Shown here piece by piece: positions 18,312 through 29,225 of a stretch of 64,000 nucleotides of DNA. Both the position numbers and the translations under genes were made by a program. Numbering within the stretch: the stretch's first letter is position 1; each line of letters starts with the position of its first letter. This stretch comes from a virus. Its lineage: Duplodnaviria; Caudoviricetes. The notes under the pieces are model-generated. The model was not told the DNA's origin, searched no databases, and was given only the letters and a program-made list of their open reading frames with translations. The stretch is taken from the IMG/VR virus record IMGVR_UViG_3300036766_002286; one strand, 5' to 3'.

Positions 18312-21251
18312 ATGTATACATTTTCTAGATTTTGTAAGCGAGTCGTAAGGCTGCTGTTAGTTTGCGGCCTTTTAGCGTTACCCAGCTTAATCCTCTCCAA
18401 CGGAGCAACCGCTATAGCAGGAACAAGATATTGGGTAGGTGGAACTGGAAACTGGGATGCATCAACTACTACACATTGGTCAGAAACGTCTGGGGGTGCC
18501 GGCGGCGCTGCTGTACCTACTTTTGAAGATGCAGTTATATTTAACTCAGCATCGAACGCAACAGCCTATACGGTTACAGTAACTACGGCTGCGAATGCTG
18601 CTGATATCACTTTTGCTAATCCGGCTTCTGGTGCTTTAACATTTGCTGGGTCATCTACTTTAAATGTGTATGGAAACTTTGCTATAAGCTCCGCTATTAC
18701 TAGAAACTTTACAGGAGCACTTAATTTTGTAGCCACATCTACAGGTAAAACTATTACAGCAAATGGAATAACTTTTGATTCAACTACAACTTTTGAAGGA
18801 GTTGGGGGTGGATGGACTTTGCAAGACGCCTGGCAAACCTCTGCTAGCTTTTGGCTGAAGGCGGGATCGTTGAATACAAATGGAAAAACTGTTACCGTCT
18901 TTGGGGGGATGTATCTTCAAGCTGGGACTACTCGTGCATTAACACTTGGCGCAAGCGTAGTGACTGCCTCAGGGGGATGGATCGCAGGCCAAGATCCAAA
19001 CGGACTAACTATTGATGCTGGCACCTCCATAATAAATACCCCAACCCTGTCAGGAGGAGACCTAACATATAATGTCGTTAACTTCGACGCTGTAAATAAT
19101 TTGAGCATATCCGGTACTAACACATTTGCAACCGTAACGTACTCAGGCGCAGGACCGGGTGCCGGGGCAGGCGAGACTACTGCTAATATGATACTGAGTG
19201 ATAATCAAATCATAGGCACATTAATCATAAATGGTGATTCAACAACAGATCGAGTTCTTGTCACATCTGATACAATAGGAACGCCAAGAACATTAACAGT
19301 GAACACACTACTAACTGTAACTAATATAGACTTTCGTGATATTACTGGTGCTGGAGCGATATCTTGGAATCTGGCTGCAATTACAGGAAAATCCGGTGAT
19401 GCTGGAGGAAATAGTGGAATAACTTTTACACCAAGTGCTACACAAACAGCGAACGGAACCACATCTTTTAGCTGGTCAGACGTCTCTCGTTGGACATCTA
19501 GAGTCCCACTACCGCAAGATGACGTGATCATTAATTTACCATTTGAAGCAGACCAAACAATATTAATGGACATGGGTCGTTCAGGAAGAAATATAGACTT
19601 TACAGGCACAACATGGACGGGCACACTAACTCTAGACCCTGCAGGCAACGATCAAGGAGAGGGAGATATTTTTGGTTCATTAACCCTAGTTCCCAACATG
19701 ACTGTGCTAGCGGAAAGATACTGGGTATTTGCAGGCAGAGCAAATTACACCCTAACAACAGCTGGAATAATATTAGAACGTAGCATTTTTCTACAGGCCC
19801 CAGGTGGCACACTAACATTGGGTGGCAACCTAACTCTGGGCCCAACGAGATTCCTGAACGTCTACGCAGGTACATTAGATGTTTCGGCTTCTAATTATAT
19901 AATCTCAGCGGGGAGTATCCTAGCCCAAGATTCTACAACGACAATAAATTTTGGCTCGGCCGTTCATCTAATAACTGGTGCGGGTACTGCGTTATCCGTT
20001 AATTCAGATAGTACTCTCAACTCAGGAACTTCCATTATTAAATTTACAGACACTTCAGATACAGAGATATATGTAAGTGGCGGTGGTAAAACATATAACA
20101 ATGTGTGGTTTTCACGCGGATCCTCAACTGGAGATATCTATATAGATGGAGCCAATACATTTGCAGACTTCAAGGACGATGGAACTTCTGCTCACACAAT
20201 ATACTTTCAAGAAGATACTATTCAAACCTTTAATACTTTCACAGTTTCTGGCTCAGCTGGTAATTTAATTTCTCTTGACACGGCTTGGCCTGATGTTATC
20301 GGAACATATACACTCACTAAGGCAGGCTCCGGTCAGATATCTAGCGATTATTTAAACATTCAACACGCCATTGCTACCCCGGCTAACACATGGTATGCCG
20401 GGGTGAATAGTGTTAACAATCAGGCAGTCTCGCCAAATGGATCAGGTTGGATTTTTTCGGTACCAGTGCCCCCTACCACAACAACTACTACCACTACAGT
20501 ACCCGCTACAACCACAACCACTACAATACCAGCAACAACTACAACCACTATTATTATTCCAAACACATCAACTACGACACCGGCAACAATCCCAGAAACC
20601 ACAACAACTACTATTGCACCACTCGGTATTCCGAGTGCACCTTTTGGTGTGACTGGTATTCCAGGCAACCGTCGTGTAGTATTACATTGGGAAGCTCCTA
20701 TAGACTCTGGTGATACTCCCATTGTAGATTATGTAGTAGAGTACACTATAGATGGTGGTAGATCTTGGGATTCTATACGTACAGGCCAATCTGCCAGGAC
20801 AAGGGCGGTTTTAGTAAACCTACAAAATGGTCAACCCTACAAGTTCAGAGTTATAGCAGTAAACGACTCTGGACAAAGTGATCCATCCAGCGCATCTGCG
20901 CGTATTATACCAAGAGCACCAGCACTACCACCTGTAGTACAAACTACCACTACAACTACTACGGTTGCGATAAGTGTGCCGACTACAGTACTAGAAAGTG
21001 GCACAACTTCTACGGTCACAACAGTCCTTAGCTCAACATCTACTAGTGTAGCAAACAATATCTCAACTACGACTATCCCAGTTATAGTTATCACAGTTAC
21101 AAATAGTACAGTAATAGAAACTATGACCACAACTATAATTAGAACATGCGTTCTTGCAGCGGGCGGCCAGAAGTGTACTACAAGAACACAACAGCGCAGG
21201 CTAGTAAATTATGGGTTTTCAGCGCACTCTTTCATAGATTCTAGGCGGTAA
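18312..21251 (+). CDS. Large secreted protein: Gly/Thr-rich beta-strand passenger, Thr linker, FN3 domain, conserved Cys2-RR tail
   Basis: Signal peptide; RYWVGGTGNWDAS..HWS..SGGAGGA start; FN3 (LHWEAP..YKFRVIAVN); tail shared with 41198-44860. Confidence 0.8.
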   Translation: MYTFSRFCKRVVRLLLVCGLLALPSLILSNGATAIAGTRYWVGGTGNWDASTTTHWSETSGGAGGAAVPTFEDAVIFNSASNATAYTVTVTTAANAADITFANPASGALTFAGSSTLNVYGNFAISSAITRNFTGALNFVATSTGKTITANGITFDSTTTFEGVGGGWTLQDAWQTSASFWLKAGSLNTNGKTVTVFGGMYLQAGTTRALTLGASVVTASGGWIAGQDPNGLTIDAGTSIINTPTLSGGDLTYNVVNFDAVNNLSISGTNTFATVTYSGAGPGAGAGETTANMILSDNQIIGTLIINGDSTTDRVLVTSDTIGTPRTLTVNTLLTVTNIDFRDITGAGAISWNLAAITGKSGDAGGNSGITFTPSATQTANGTTSFSWSDVSRWTSRVPLPQDDVIINLPFEADQTILMDMGRSGRNIDFTGTTWTGTLTLDPAGNDQGEGDIFGSLTLVPNMTVLAERYWVFAGRANYTLTTAGIILERSIFLQAPGGTLTLGGNLTLGPTRFLNVYAGTLDVSASNYIISAGSILAQDSTTTINFGSAVHLITGAGTALSVNSDSTLNSGTSIIKFTDTSDTEIYVSGGGKTYNNVWFSRGSSTGDIYIDGANTFADFKDDGTSAHTIYFQEDTIQTFNTFTVSGSAGNLISLDTAWPDVIGTYTLTKAGSGQISSDYLNIQHAIATPANTWYAGVNSVNNQAVSPNGSGWIFSVPVPPTTTTTTTTVPATTTTTTIPATTTTTIIIPNTSTTTPATIPETTTTTIAPLGIPSAPFGVTGIPGNRRVVLHWEAPIDSGDTPIVDYVVEYTIDGGRSWDSIRTGQSARTRAVLVNLQNGQPYKFRVIAVNDSGQSDPSSASARIIPRAPALPPVVQTTTTTTTVAISVPTTVLESGTTSTVTTVLSSTSTSVANNISTTTIPVIVITVTNSTVIETMTTTIIRTCVLAAGGQKCTTRTQQRRLVNYGFSAHSFIDSRR

Positions 21252-21298
21252 AAGATTTTATACAGGATGCTAGTTTTGAACAAAGACAACTCAACTGT

Positions 21299-22225
21299 TC
21301 ACAGATCGCTTTTAGCTTGTACCTCTAGCATATCTATGAGTAAAGCTGGATCAGACAATAGAAATGTATGACGAGCCCCAGGAACAATCACAATTTGAGC
21401 GCCCAACCTTAGAGCGGATTTCCGTTGCATCTCTGGAGATAAAACTTCATCAAACTCAGGAATAAGCCACCGGCAGGATGGAAGGTCTAAATCATTCCAT
21501 CTATGTCCATTTAGTGCGCGCATGCAAGCACCGCTCACGACTAACGTACGTAATGGCGGATGGTGAAGTAATGATTCTATTGACACTTGTCCAAAAAAAG
21601 CAGGAATGAGTTGTATATTGTGAATAAAATCCGTCAGTGAAAAGGATCGATCATGAAAGTCCACACTTTTATTATAAGGATCACTTGCAGACGCGCTTAA
21701 ATCCCGCCAACATGTTGTACTCGCTACTATTGTTATGTCTTTAAATCTACCCGGAGATCTTTCAACGGCTGCCAGTGCAACCGGGCCACCAAGAGAAAAC
21801 CCGACAAGGCGCATACTTGCCCAACCTAAATCATTCGCTACTGCGAGCACACAATCCGCTGCTAAATCGAAACTAAAAGGCTTGCCTCCACGCGACAACC
21901 CATGTCCAGGCAAGTCAATAATTGCAAAAGGAGAAGTTATCTTATTTATTACACCAACCCAAGCAGATTCCGCACATTGACCCCAGCCATGTATAAATAT
22001 TATTGGAGACATATTTGGGTCAATACCTGGAGAGTAGCGAAAGCCCACAACACCGTCACGGCACTGAACTGTTCTGCGCTCCCCTGGCAATAAACATTCG
22101 CTCGACGCCACACCCACGGCCTCTCGAATCGCACCAACAAACGATCTTAATATGTCGTTACCAATCGTACCCGCAGCAACCGCGAAAGTAGCGGCGTCAG
22201 AAATGATACGGCGCGGCAATAGCAT
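21299..22225 (-). CDS. Alpha/beta-fold hydrolase
   Basis: FIHGWG, IDLPGHG, GFSLGG nucleophile elbow, PGARH. Confidence 0.88.
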   Translation of the reverse strand: MLLPRRIISDAATFAVAAGTIGNDILRSFVGAIREAVGVASSECLLPGERRTVQCRDGVVGFRYSPGIDPNMSPIIFIHGWGQCAESAWVGVINKITSPFAIIDLPGHGLSRGGKPFSFDLAADCVLAVANDLGWASMRLVGFSLGGPVALAAVERSPGRFKDITIVASTTCWRDLSASASDPYNKSVDFHDRSFSLTDFIHNIQLIPAFFGQVSIESLLHHPPLRTLVVSGACMRALNGHRWNDLDLPSCRWLIPEFDEVLSPEMQRKSALRLGAQIVIVPGARHTFLLSDPALLIDMLEVQAKSDL

Positions 22226-22331
22226 ACTATAAATTGTGCACAAAATCAACAAGACAGCACACAATTATATAAAAATCTGCGTACTATATATAATATGTGC
22301 ATATAACTAGTCATACAGCACTGTATGACAT

Positions 22332-22805
22332 GTGATTTTTAGACATGAACATAGAAAAAAATACAAGGTAAGTATACTTATCATATTTGGAGCTCTTATA
22401 ACCAGTCAAGCCCCGGTAAAGGCCGCCACTATAAAAGAAGCCTCCTTCGCCAACTCAGTTCTGCAGTCTATATACATACTACCCGAGCTTACTATTGACG
22501 TTAAGGATTCTGTGGTTACTTCTTTAAATTTTACTTCCAGTAAAAAAGGTGTAATTAAACAAGCCCGCAACATGTGTATGATGGCACGCAAATCCAATGG
22601 AGAACAGCTCTTATATGAATTTATCACAGAAAAATATAATAACATGCAAGCGGCCATAGATAGTTATCCAGACAATCAAGATTTTCTTTTGGGAGTATTT
22701 GCCTCTGATATAATTATAGTTTCTCTAGCTGCCGGCCCTGGTGGTTTTTGTCCAAAGTACAATAACACTGTTGTTAACGCTATTGATCGCTGGGCCAGTA
22801 CTTAA
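22332..22805 (+). CDS. Secreted hypothetical protein, weakly DUF732-like
   Basis: Signal peptide; ARNMC...GFCPKY cysteine pair. Confidence 0.5.
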   Translation: MIFRHEHRKKYKVSILIIFGALITSQAPVKAATIKEASFANSVLQSIYILPELTIDVKDSVVTSLNFTSSKKGVIKQARNMCMMARKSNGEQLLYEFITEKYNNMQAAIDSYPDNQDFLLGVFASDIIIVSLAAGPGGFCPKYNNTVVNAIDRWAST

Positions 22806-22889
22806 AAAAAACAATACACAACACACTCTTTGCTATGGTGCTTGGTTACTTAATTATTTTAGCTAATAACGTATTTTAAAATTTCAGTT

Positions 22890-23759
22890 TTAAGAAAACC
22901 AGGTTTGTAATCGCGCCCTATGTAGTGCTAGAGCCCCACCAACCGTTGCTACAACCACACTAGTTTCAGCATGGCTATTATCTACTTTTAAATCAACCCC
23001 CGGCCAGTTGTCCAGAGCGGTTTCACCTTCATGCTGTAATGCTTTCGGGTCGGCAATCACACCGTCACGGGTTAATAGTCTAGCTGCTTTAATATCATGT
23101 TCCACATGTAAACGGACCAAAAACATCCCAATCTCTCTACAGTGTCCAGCTTCTTTAGGAAATCTCCCATCCCCCATATACACTGATGTCCCGCTAGCAA
23201 GCAAACCTAAAATACGAGGCACTACCATACGCACGTAACGCTCCGGATCTTCTTCTCGTGCCTCGCTACCAAGATATTGTAGTGCTCGTCGCGTCTCTGG
23301 TGTTCGCGACCAACCGGTCAACCCATGTAATGGATCGCGTGTAATATCCCACAATGCATCCACTATAAATTCGGCATGTTGGGACTTCAGATCTAACATT
23401 TCTGCAACTTCAATTATTGCAGAAGCTTTATCTGGCATATAAGCGAGTTTTTCTAAAATTGTGGTTGCCTCTAATTTTATTCCATCAGCCACCCCAGCTC
23501 GCACATGTTCTTGAGCTCCTAAAAAACTCATAACTGCTGGACCTATTGTATCTTTACCACTTGCCTGCGGTCCGGACACTACTAAAGCTACAACTGTGCC
23601 CTCTGCCAAATTTTTCATGGCCGAAGTAGCAATATCGTCTGGCGTACCCATAATTTTTGCAGTATGCATGAATTTCTCTTTAGTGCGCACGTGATCGTAC
23701 GCCGCTAACACAATACTCCCAGTGTGTTTATAATGCATAAGCACCGCCCTTTTCCTCAC
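22890..23759 (-). CDS. Phage-type deoxynucleoside monophosphate kinase (start uncertain)
   Basis: SGPQASGKDT P-loop, RRALQYLGSEAR, GDGRFPKE, HEGET motifs. Confidence 0.75.
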   Translation of the reverse strand: MRKRAVLMHYKHTGSIVLAAYDHVRTKEKFMHTAKIMGTPDDIATSAMKNLAEGTVVALVVSGPQASGKDTIGPAVMSFLGAQEHVRAGVADGIKLEATTILEKLAYMPDKASAIIEVAEMLDLKSQHAEFIVDALWDITRDPLHGLTGWSRTPETRRALQYLGSEAREEDPERYVRMVVPRILGLLASGTSVYMGDGRFPKEAGHCREIGMFLVRLHVEHDIKAARLLTRDGVIADPKALQHEGETALDNWPGVDLKVDNSHAETSVVVATVGGALALHRARLQTWFS

Positions 23760-23774
23760 TTATTATTGTGCATA
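23755..23774 (-). promoter_or_regulatory. 20-bp element TATGCACAATAATAAGTGAG, copy 1
   Basis: Identical copy at 24507-24526; contains GCACAAT. Confidence 0.7.
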
Positions 23775-23880
23775 GAAGTAGTATTTAGGCATTTAATCTG
23801 CCTAAAGATGCAGTCTATGAACCCTGTAATATATGCTAAATACTGGTGCGGTCATATGTCACGTCTATTTATACTATATG

Positions 23881-24459
23881 TTAGATCTCTGATTTACGGG
23901 CTAAAATTTCAAATATCGCTATTTTCAATTTTTCTAGATCACCATCATTAACGACATGTTCATCGGCTAGTACAATAGGTCTTGCTTTATCTAAAGCAGA
24001 AAGCTCCGCTATGTCTCGATTATCTAGCTCAATTTTTGACAAGCTACGATTACCACGCAGTGCTGCTCTTTTGTATCGAAGGGCCATTGGAGTATGTATC
24101 GCAATCGTTATCATTTGCGTAGCTATTTCTTTTCTAAATATTTCAACTTCTGCCAGTGAATAAATTCCATCTATTACGACTTTGTTACCGGCCTCTAATA
24201 AAGTTTTAATACCTGCAACGGATCTCTTCGCCATCACATCCATGCCCTCAAGCACTCTAAGATCTTCGCGCACTATTTTCTCATTTTCATGATTACGCAC
24301 TAACCCGCGTCTATCTATTTCATTAAGTACAACATCACCAAAATACACTACACTATAACCATTCTCACGTAAAAATTCTGTGACCGTAGATTTTCCCGCT
24401 CCAGCTAATCCAACAAAACCTACTAGTTGTGGCATCTTATCATTTATTTCTATGTTCAT
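23881..24459 (-). CDS. P-loop kinase, dephospho-CoA-kinase-like (archaeal/CPR type)
   Basis: GLAGAGKST, YFGDVV, VVIDG, RD.AE, AD..VVNDG. Confidence 0.75.
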   Translation of the reverse strand: MNIEINDKMPQLVGFVGLAGAGKSTVTEFLRENGYSVVYFGDVVLNEIDRRGLVRNHENEKIVREDLRVLEGMDVMAKRSVAGIKTLLEAGNKVVIDGIYSLAEVEIFRKEIATQMITIAIHTPMALRYKRAALRGNRSLSKIELDNRDIAELSALDKARPIVLADEHVVNDGDLEKLKIAIFEILARKSEI

Positions 24460-24506
24460 TTCAGTTTACCAATTCCTACTTGTGCTTTACATATTGTACA
24501 TAAAGG

Positions 24507-24526
24507 CTCACTTATTATTGTGCATA
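24507..24526 (-). promoter_or_regulatory. 20-bp element, copy 2
   Basis: Identical to 23755-23774. Confidence 0.7.
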
Positions 24527-24696
24527 CTTAAGTGTAATAAGCATATACCCCGGATAAAACATAAGTCACACAACCAAGTTTCAATGGTCAGGAGGCCCAA
24601 CATTCTCGCACGTCAACTAACTAATAATACTAGGGTAGTTTACTAACAAAAAGGCAGGGAAAATTTTTTTAGTCAGTATTAATATTTATAATAATA

Positions 24697-27216
24697 TTAC
24701 AACAAAACTCTTTTTATCAAATCCTCATTTATCAATTTCGCCCATCTACTAGATCCTGGGGCATTTGATGCACCATTCCCTGAACAGATTACTTCAACAG
24801 AAAATCCAACTTTAGCAAGCTCGCCTAAAATAAAATTACCTGGCCCACAATTAGACATTTCTTCCTGGCACCATACAATAGGTAGACCACCTGTTTTAGA
24901 TGCTTCCAATAATTCACACAATTCTATAATTGGTAGCGGGTACAGGTCTTCAATTCTAATAATCTGTATGTCCTTTATATTGCTAGCCGCAGCTGCCTCT
25001 ACAATATTCGCCCCAAGTTTACTATAACATAAAATTGTTTTGCGCACTTCAGAATTTTTGTTAGTTACAAGCAGCGACTGCCATCTGCCTTCTGATAGCT
25101 CACTAACTGCGGATCTTGATCCAATCGCCCGCAACTGTGATTTGGGGGTAAATATTATAAGTGGACAGCGCGGGGACTCCAAAGCTTGTGCCCTAAGCAA
25201 ATGAAATATCTGTGCTCCTGTACTAGGACAAGACAATCGTAATGCTCCAGGCGTAGCGAGTTGTAGGAATCTCTCAACACGTGCTGATGAATGTTCCGGA
25301 CCCTGCCCCTCAGCGCCATGAGGCAGTAGTAGCACTAGTCCAGAAGGATATTCCCATTTGGATTCTCCATTACTTATACAAGTATCAATTGTAATTTGTG
25401 CCCCGTTCGCAAAGTCCCCAAACTGTGCTTCCCACAATACTAGCGTGTTTCCACGGGCCTCTACATCATATCCATATTCAAAAGATAACGCTGCATATTC
25501 GCTAAGAAGTGAATCATATACTTGAAATTTACCAGGCCCAAGAGTGGAAAATCTAGAATTTCTCACACCAGTTTTTTGATCAACTACTATAGCATGCCTT
25601 TGGGCAAAAGTTCCTCGTGCACTATCTTGCCCGCTAAGTCGTATATTTTTACCCTGGCAAAGCAGCGACCCGTACGCCAATGCTTCGCCAACAGCAAAAG
25701 TTAAGGATCCTGCTCGTAAATCACTCAATTGTTCATCTAAAATCCGCTGGATTTTTTCATGGGTGTTCGGCTGTTTAAAGTAAAGATGTTCAGCTATTTT
25801 TAGTAAATCATCAGTTCTTACTCGAGTATCTACTACCGTTTTCGCGCATGTTGGCATAACTACAGGTAGTGTGTTATAAGCTGTTGTTTGTAATGCTTTT
25901 ATATCGGCTTCTATTGTCTTAAAATTTTCTAGAGCACTCTGATACAGCGTCTCTGCATCTCCGCTCTCTAAATTACCTCTCTCTTTTAGAACATCACAAT
26001 ATTGCTTGTAAGCGTTCGGCAGTTTTTCAATTTTGTTATATAGCAGCGGTTGAGTGTATATTGGGTCATCACCCTCATTGTGGCCATTTGTCCGCCAGGC
26101 CTGTACATGTACTATCACATCTGATTGCAATTTTTCTCGCAAGAAAAGCGCTAATTTTCCAGCTCTAAAGCACGCTTCGCAATCTAAACCGTTCACACGA
26201 ATAATAGGCGTATCACATGCCCGCCCCGGACTTGATGCAAACCGCCCAGATCGTCCAGCCTCCGGGTTTGTCGTGAACCCTAGTTGATTATCTACTATAA
26301 TATGTATTGCTCCGGAAACCTCAAATGCCTCAAGTTTTTGCATCTGAAGCACTTCAGATACCACACCTTGTCCACAAAATGCTGCGTCTCCATGTACAAG
26401 GACTCCTAAAGTACTTGTGCCTGTATCTCTCAAAGCCCGAACCATACCTAAGGTTACTGGCGTTACTGCCTCCAAATGCGACGGATTCCAAAGCATAGAT
26501 ACTGCTATTTTATCATCTAACGGGTATCGTCCATCAAATCCTATATGTACATTAACATCTCCAAGTCCTTTTGGCGTATCCTGCAGCTGATCTGAAAATG
26601 CCACAAACAATTCCGCAGCACTCATACCCACAACATGACATAAAATGTTGAACCGTCCGCGATGTGGAGATCCTATTAAAACTTTTTTGATACCGACATC
26701 TGGTACATTTACCATTATACCGGTAAAAACACTTAGTATATTCTCTGATCCCTCAATCCCAAAACGTTTCACACTAGAAAAGCGCAATCCAAAGGTTTCT
26801 TCCAGTGCCTCACAGCTAGCTAGTTGTATTAGTAGCGAATCTTGTGTTGTCTCGTCTATGGTTAAATATTTATATTCTAGAAAAGCTGCTCTGGCGATTT
26901 TCGCACTGTCTGGTTCCATATGAGAAGTCTCTATACTTATCGCACCACACCACGTAGCAATCAAGCGCGAAAGGAGTACTTCAGCTTTAATAGGAGAGTC
27001 AATCTGGCATCCTAGTTCATTGATCCATAATTCGTTGTCTGAGCCAAGACTATGGAAAGCCAAGGTTAGCTCTGGAAGAAAGATTACATCACAAAGAGGA
27101 TTAGTTTTGGCACTAATATGTCCGAACTGAATGAAACTATTCACAAGATTCAAACCATTGATTATGTTCATGGTCATTTGCTTGGTTTCTGGGTTTTTGC
27201 TATCCGTCATTATCAC
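24697..27216 (-). CDS. sucA: 2-oxoglutarate (or 2-oxoadipate) dehydrogenase E1, divergent, no fused E2 domain
   Basis: NPSHLEAV, HGDAAFCGQG ThDP motif, GQDSARGTFAQRH, WEAQFGDFANGAQ, LPHGAEGQGPEHSSAR. Confidence 0.88.
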   Translation of the reverse strand: MIMTDSKNPETKQMTMNIINGLNLVNSFIQFGHISAKTNPLCDVIFLPELTLAFHSLGSDNELWINELGCQIDSPIKAEVLLSRLIATWCGAISIETSHMEPDSAKIARAAFLEYKYLTIDETTQDSLLIQLASCEALEETFGLRFSSVKRFGIEGSENILSVFTGIMVNVPDVGIKKVLIGSPHRGRFNILCHVVGMSAAELFVAFSDQLQDTPKGLGDVNVHIGFDGRYPLDDKIAVSMLWNPSHLEAVTPVTLGMVRALRDTGTSTLGVLVHGDAAFCGQGVVSEVLQMQKLEAFEVSGAIHIIVDNQLGFTTNPEAGRSGRFASSPGRACDTPIIRVNGLDCEACFRAGKLALFLREKLQSDVIVHVQAWRTNGHNEGDDPIYTQPLLYNKIEKLPNAYKQYCDVLKERGNLESGDAETLYQSALENFKTIEADIKALQTTAYNTLPVVMPTCAKTVVDTRVRTDDLLKIAEHLYFKQPNTHEKIQRILDEQLSDLRAGSLTFAVGEALAYGSLLCQGKNIRLSGQDSARGTFAQRHAIVVDQKTGVRNSRFSTLGPGKFQVYDSLLSEYAALSFEYGYDVEARGNTLVLWEAQFGDFANGAQITIDTCISNGESKWEYPSGLVLLLPHGAEGQGPEHSSARVERFLQLATPGALRLSCPSTGAQIFHLLRAQALESPRCPLIIFTPKSQLRAIGSRSAVSELSEGRWQSLLVTNKNSEVRKTILCYSKLGANIVEAAAASNIKDIQIIRIEDLYPLPIIELCELLEASKTGGLPIVWCQEEMSNCGPGNFILGELAKVGFSVEVICSGNGASNAPGSSRWAKLINEDLIKRVLL

Positions 27217-27490
27217 CCCTTTTATCCTATTAACTCTACAATTGATTGTGCTAATTCCTAAGGGTAAGGCATATAATACAGCGGTATTTACGGTAACCTA
27301 CCATCTTTCATTTATCGTGATTAGGTATATCAATCCTAGTTATAACTGGTTGCACCGGCCCAGCTGTCAAGCACAATAAATATACATGGCTGTCACCTCT
27401 AGGTTATTTGAAAGCAATCAAATAGCAAGGAAAATAGTTATAGTTAATTAGCATCTCGCGCGTATAGTATAAAACAATACAGGAGATATT

Positions 27491-27811
27491 ATGAGTGAAT
27501 CTTTACCAACCAGTGCAATCCGCTGGAGCATAGAACAACTTGACGCACGAATGGAGTCCGAGTGGCTTGAAAGCGACGAATACAAAAACAGGGAACGAGG
27601 TCGTGGTGCGTCAGAGCCTAACCGTGAGTGGTGGGAAACGAAATTCTTTTACAAGGAAATCCGCGAGCAGAATGAACAGTTGCAAGCCTTGTCGAATGCA
27701 CTCAAAGAAAAACAGGAAAAACTCGATAACACAATTGGTGTGCTGTCCGAACAATTGACAGTCATCCATATCCAACGGGCACGAATAGCAGAACTAGAGG
27801 GAGGTAAGTAA
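27491..27811 (+). CDS. Small protein, AIR..QLQAL..RIAELE family
   Basis: PTSAIRWSIE...EQLQAL...RARIAELE; AGGAG SD. Confidence 0.8.
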   Translation: MSESLPTSAIRWSIEQLDARMESEWLESDEYKNRERGRGASEPNREWWETKFFYKEIREQNEQLQALSNALKEKQEKLDNTIGVLSEQLTVIHIQRARIAELEGGK

Positions 27812-27975
27812 TGGGATTTTTGATAGGTGATAAGATTCGCAGAATCGACGACAAAACCCGTTGTGGCAAGGTATTGGATTTTGAGGAGTGTCCTGATTTT
27901 TATAGTGGTGTGAGTATTATCACGCCAGAGGGCGGCCATGAACTTTGGCGTTTGGAGGATTGTGAACATGACTGA
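27811..27975 (+). CDS. 54-aa hypothetical protein (not in ORF track)
   Basis: MGFLIGDKIRRIDDKTRCGKVLDFEECPDFYSGVSIITPEGGHELWRLEDCEHD; GGAGG SD; TAATG coupling. Confidence 0.6.
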   Translation: MGFLIGDKIRRIDDKTRCGKVLDFEECPDFYSGVSIITPEGGHELWRLEDCEHD

Positions 27976-28189
27976 GTTAATGATGGACACTGAAAGTTGC
28001 ATGAAGATTTTAAGCGATATTAAAGGAATCAAAGCAACAATTAAAGCCTATGAAACACATGTTTCCAGTGATCTCAACAGAATAAACCCAGGAACCGTTC
28101 TTGACTTGATAACACAAATCGAGAGCGGATTTCAAGAGTTGCGAAAAACCCTTCTCAATGCCTCCTACTCTGAGTTCGCAAAGGAATAA
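27968..28189 (+). CDS. Hypothetical protein
   Basis: ORF in coupled operon; GGAGG SD. Confidence 0.65.
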   Translation: MTELMMDTESCMKILSDIKGIKATIKAYETHVSSDLNRINPGTVLDLITQIESGFQELRKTLLNASYSEFAKE

Positions 28190-28191
28190 CT

Positions 28192-28530
28192 ATGACAAGC
28201 ACAATTCCAGCACTAAATAGACTTGAAGAGTGGTTGCAAAGCAATCCAGAGATAGTCGCATTTGGTCAAACTGCTGCCGTCGACTCATACTTAAATGCTG
28301 TGTCAACCAATGCTCCACTTACTGGCAGAGATGAGGATCATCATGCTGCTTTCAAACGCAACCAAGGAGAGAGTAACCGTGCTGCCTACAATCGCTTCTT
28401 GCGTGAACAAGAGGATCGTGCTGCAGTTAAGGTGTGGATCGCCAACGGACGTCTTAACTATCACGATCTGTTGTGCCCTTTTCCTACACCTTCAGATGAA
28501 GCTCTAGAAAAATGGTTTGGAGCTGAGTGA
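28192..28530 (+). CDS. Hypothetical protein
   Basis: ORF in coupled operon. Confidence 0.7.
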   Translation: MTSTIPALNRLEEWLQSNPEIVAFGQTAAVDSYLNAVSTNAPLTGRDEDHHAAFKRNQGESNRAAYNRFLREQEDRAAVKVWIANGRLNYHDLLCPFPTPSDEALEKWFGAE

Positions 28531-28531
28531 C

Positions 28532-28756
28532 ATGACCATCGAACCATGGCAAGAGAGACACAAAGCATTCTTTGGCGAATATCCAAAGCGACAGCGTTCC
28601 AAAATCACAGATGATCTTAATCAAGACAATGCAAACGACTATTCGTGGGAAGAGCGCTTTGAGATCGAAAAAGGTCGTCCTCCAACCAGCGAGGAACGTG
28701 CGGACTTCGTTGATATGCTCAATGGTATTTTTGGCACTAATAAGGAGGCATCATGA
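28532..28756 (+). CDS. Hypothetical protein
   Basis: ORF in coupled operon; GGAG SD. Confidence 0.65.
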   Translation: MTIEPWQERHKAFFGEYPKRQRSKITDDLNQDNANDYSWEERFEIEKGRPPTSEERADFVDMLNGIFGTNKEAS

Positions 28757-29043
28757 CCGACATCAACTCTAAGCGCTCGTCTGCTTCCCTGCTACCAACA
28801 GACGCAATCCGCTTAGTTATCAGAGACCTTGAAGAACAAGTCAGAACTGGCGAAAGTTATGCTAGTCCGTCCGAAGCAACAGAGCAGTTGCGGGCTTTAG
28901 AGGATGCACTCACAGCGAAAGACCAACGAGTGGCAGAATTCGTAGTCGTAATCAGAGGGCTAATTGAATCGTCAGATACATTGACTCCGTATGTAGAAAG
29001 TCGCTTGCGAAAACTTCTCACAAAAGACGAGTTAACAAGATGA
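28753..29043 (+). CDS. Small protein, AIR..QLRAL..RVAE family
   Basis: PTDAIRLVI...EQLRALEDALTAKDQRVAE. Confidence 0.8.
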   Translation: MTDINSKRSSASLLPTDAIRLVIRDLEEQVRTGESYASPSEATEQLRALEDALTAKDQRVAEFVVVIRGLIESSDTLTPYVESRLRKLLTKDELTR

Positions 29044-29225
29044 CCGCTGACAATACTAGAAACAAAATAACAATTAAAGGAATCACTATGACTAATAAAA
29101 AGCCATGTAGCGAGTGTAACGATACAGGAATTATTTATACTGGTGATTGGTTCGACCCGACAGAAAAGTGTTGGAAGTGTAAATCCAACAAGTACCAAGA
29201 AAAAATCATTAAGGCAAAATCATGA
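29040..29225 (+). CDS. Small CxxC..CxxC zinc-finger protein (start may be 29088)
   Basis: CSECNDTG...CWKC. Confidence 0.6.
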   Translation: MTADNTRNKITIKGITMTNKKPCSECNDTGIIYTGDWFDPTEKCWKCKSNKYQEKIIKAKS

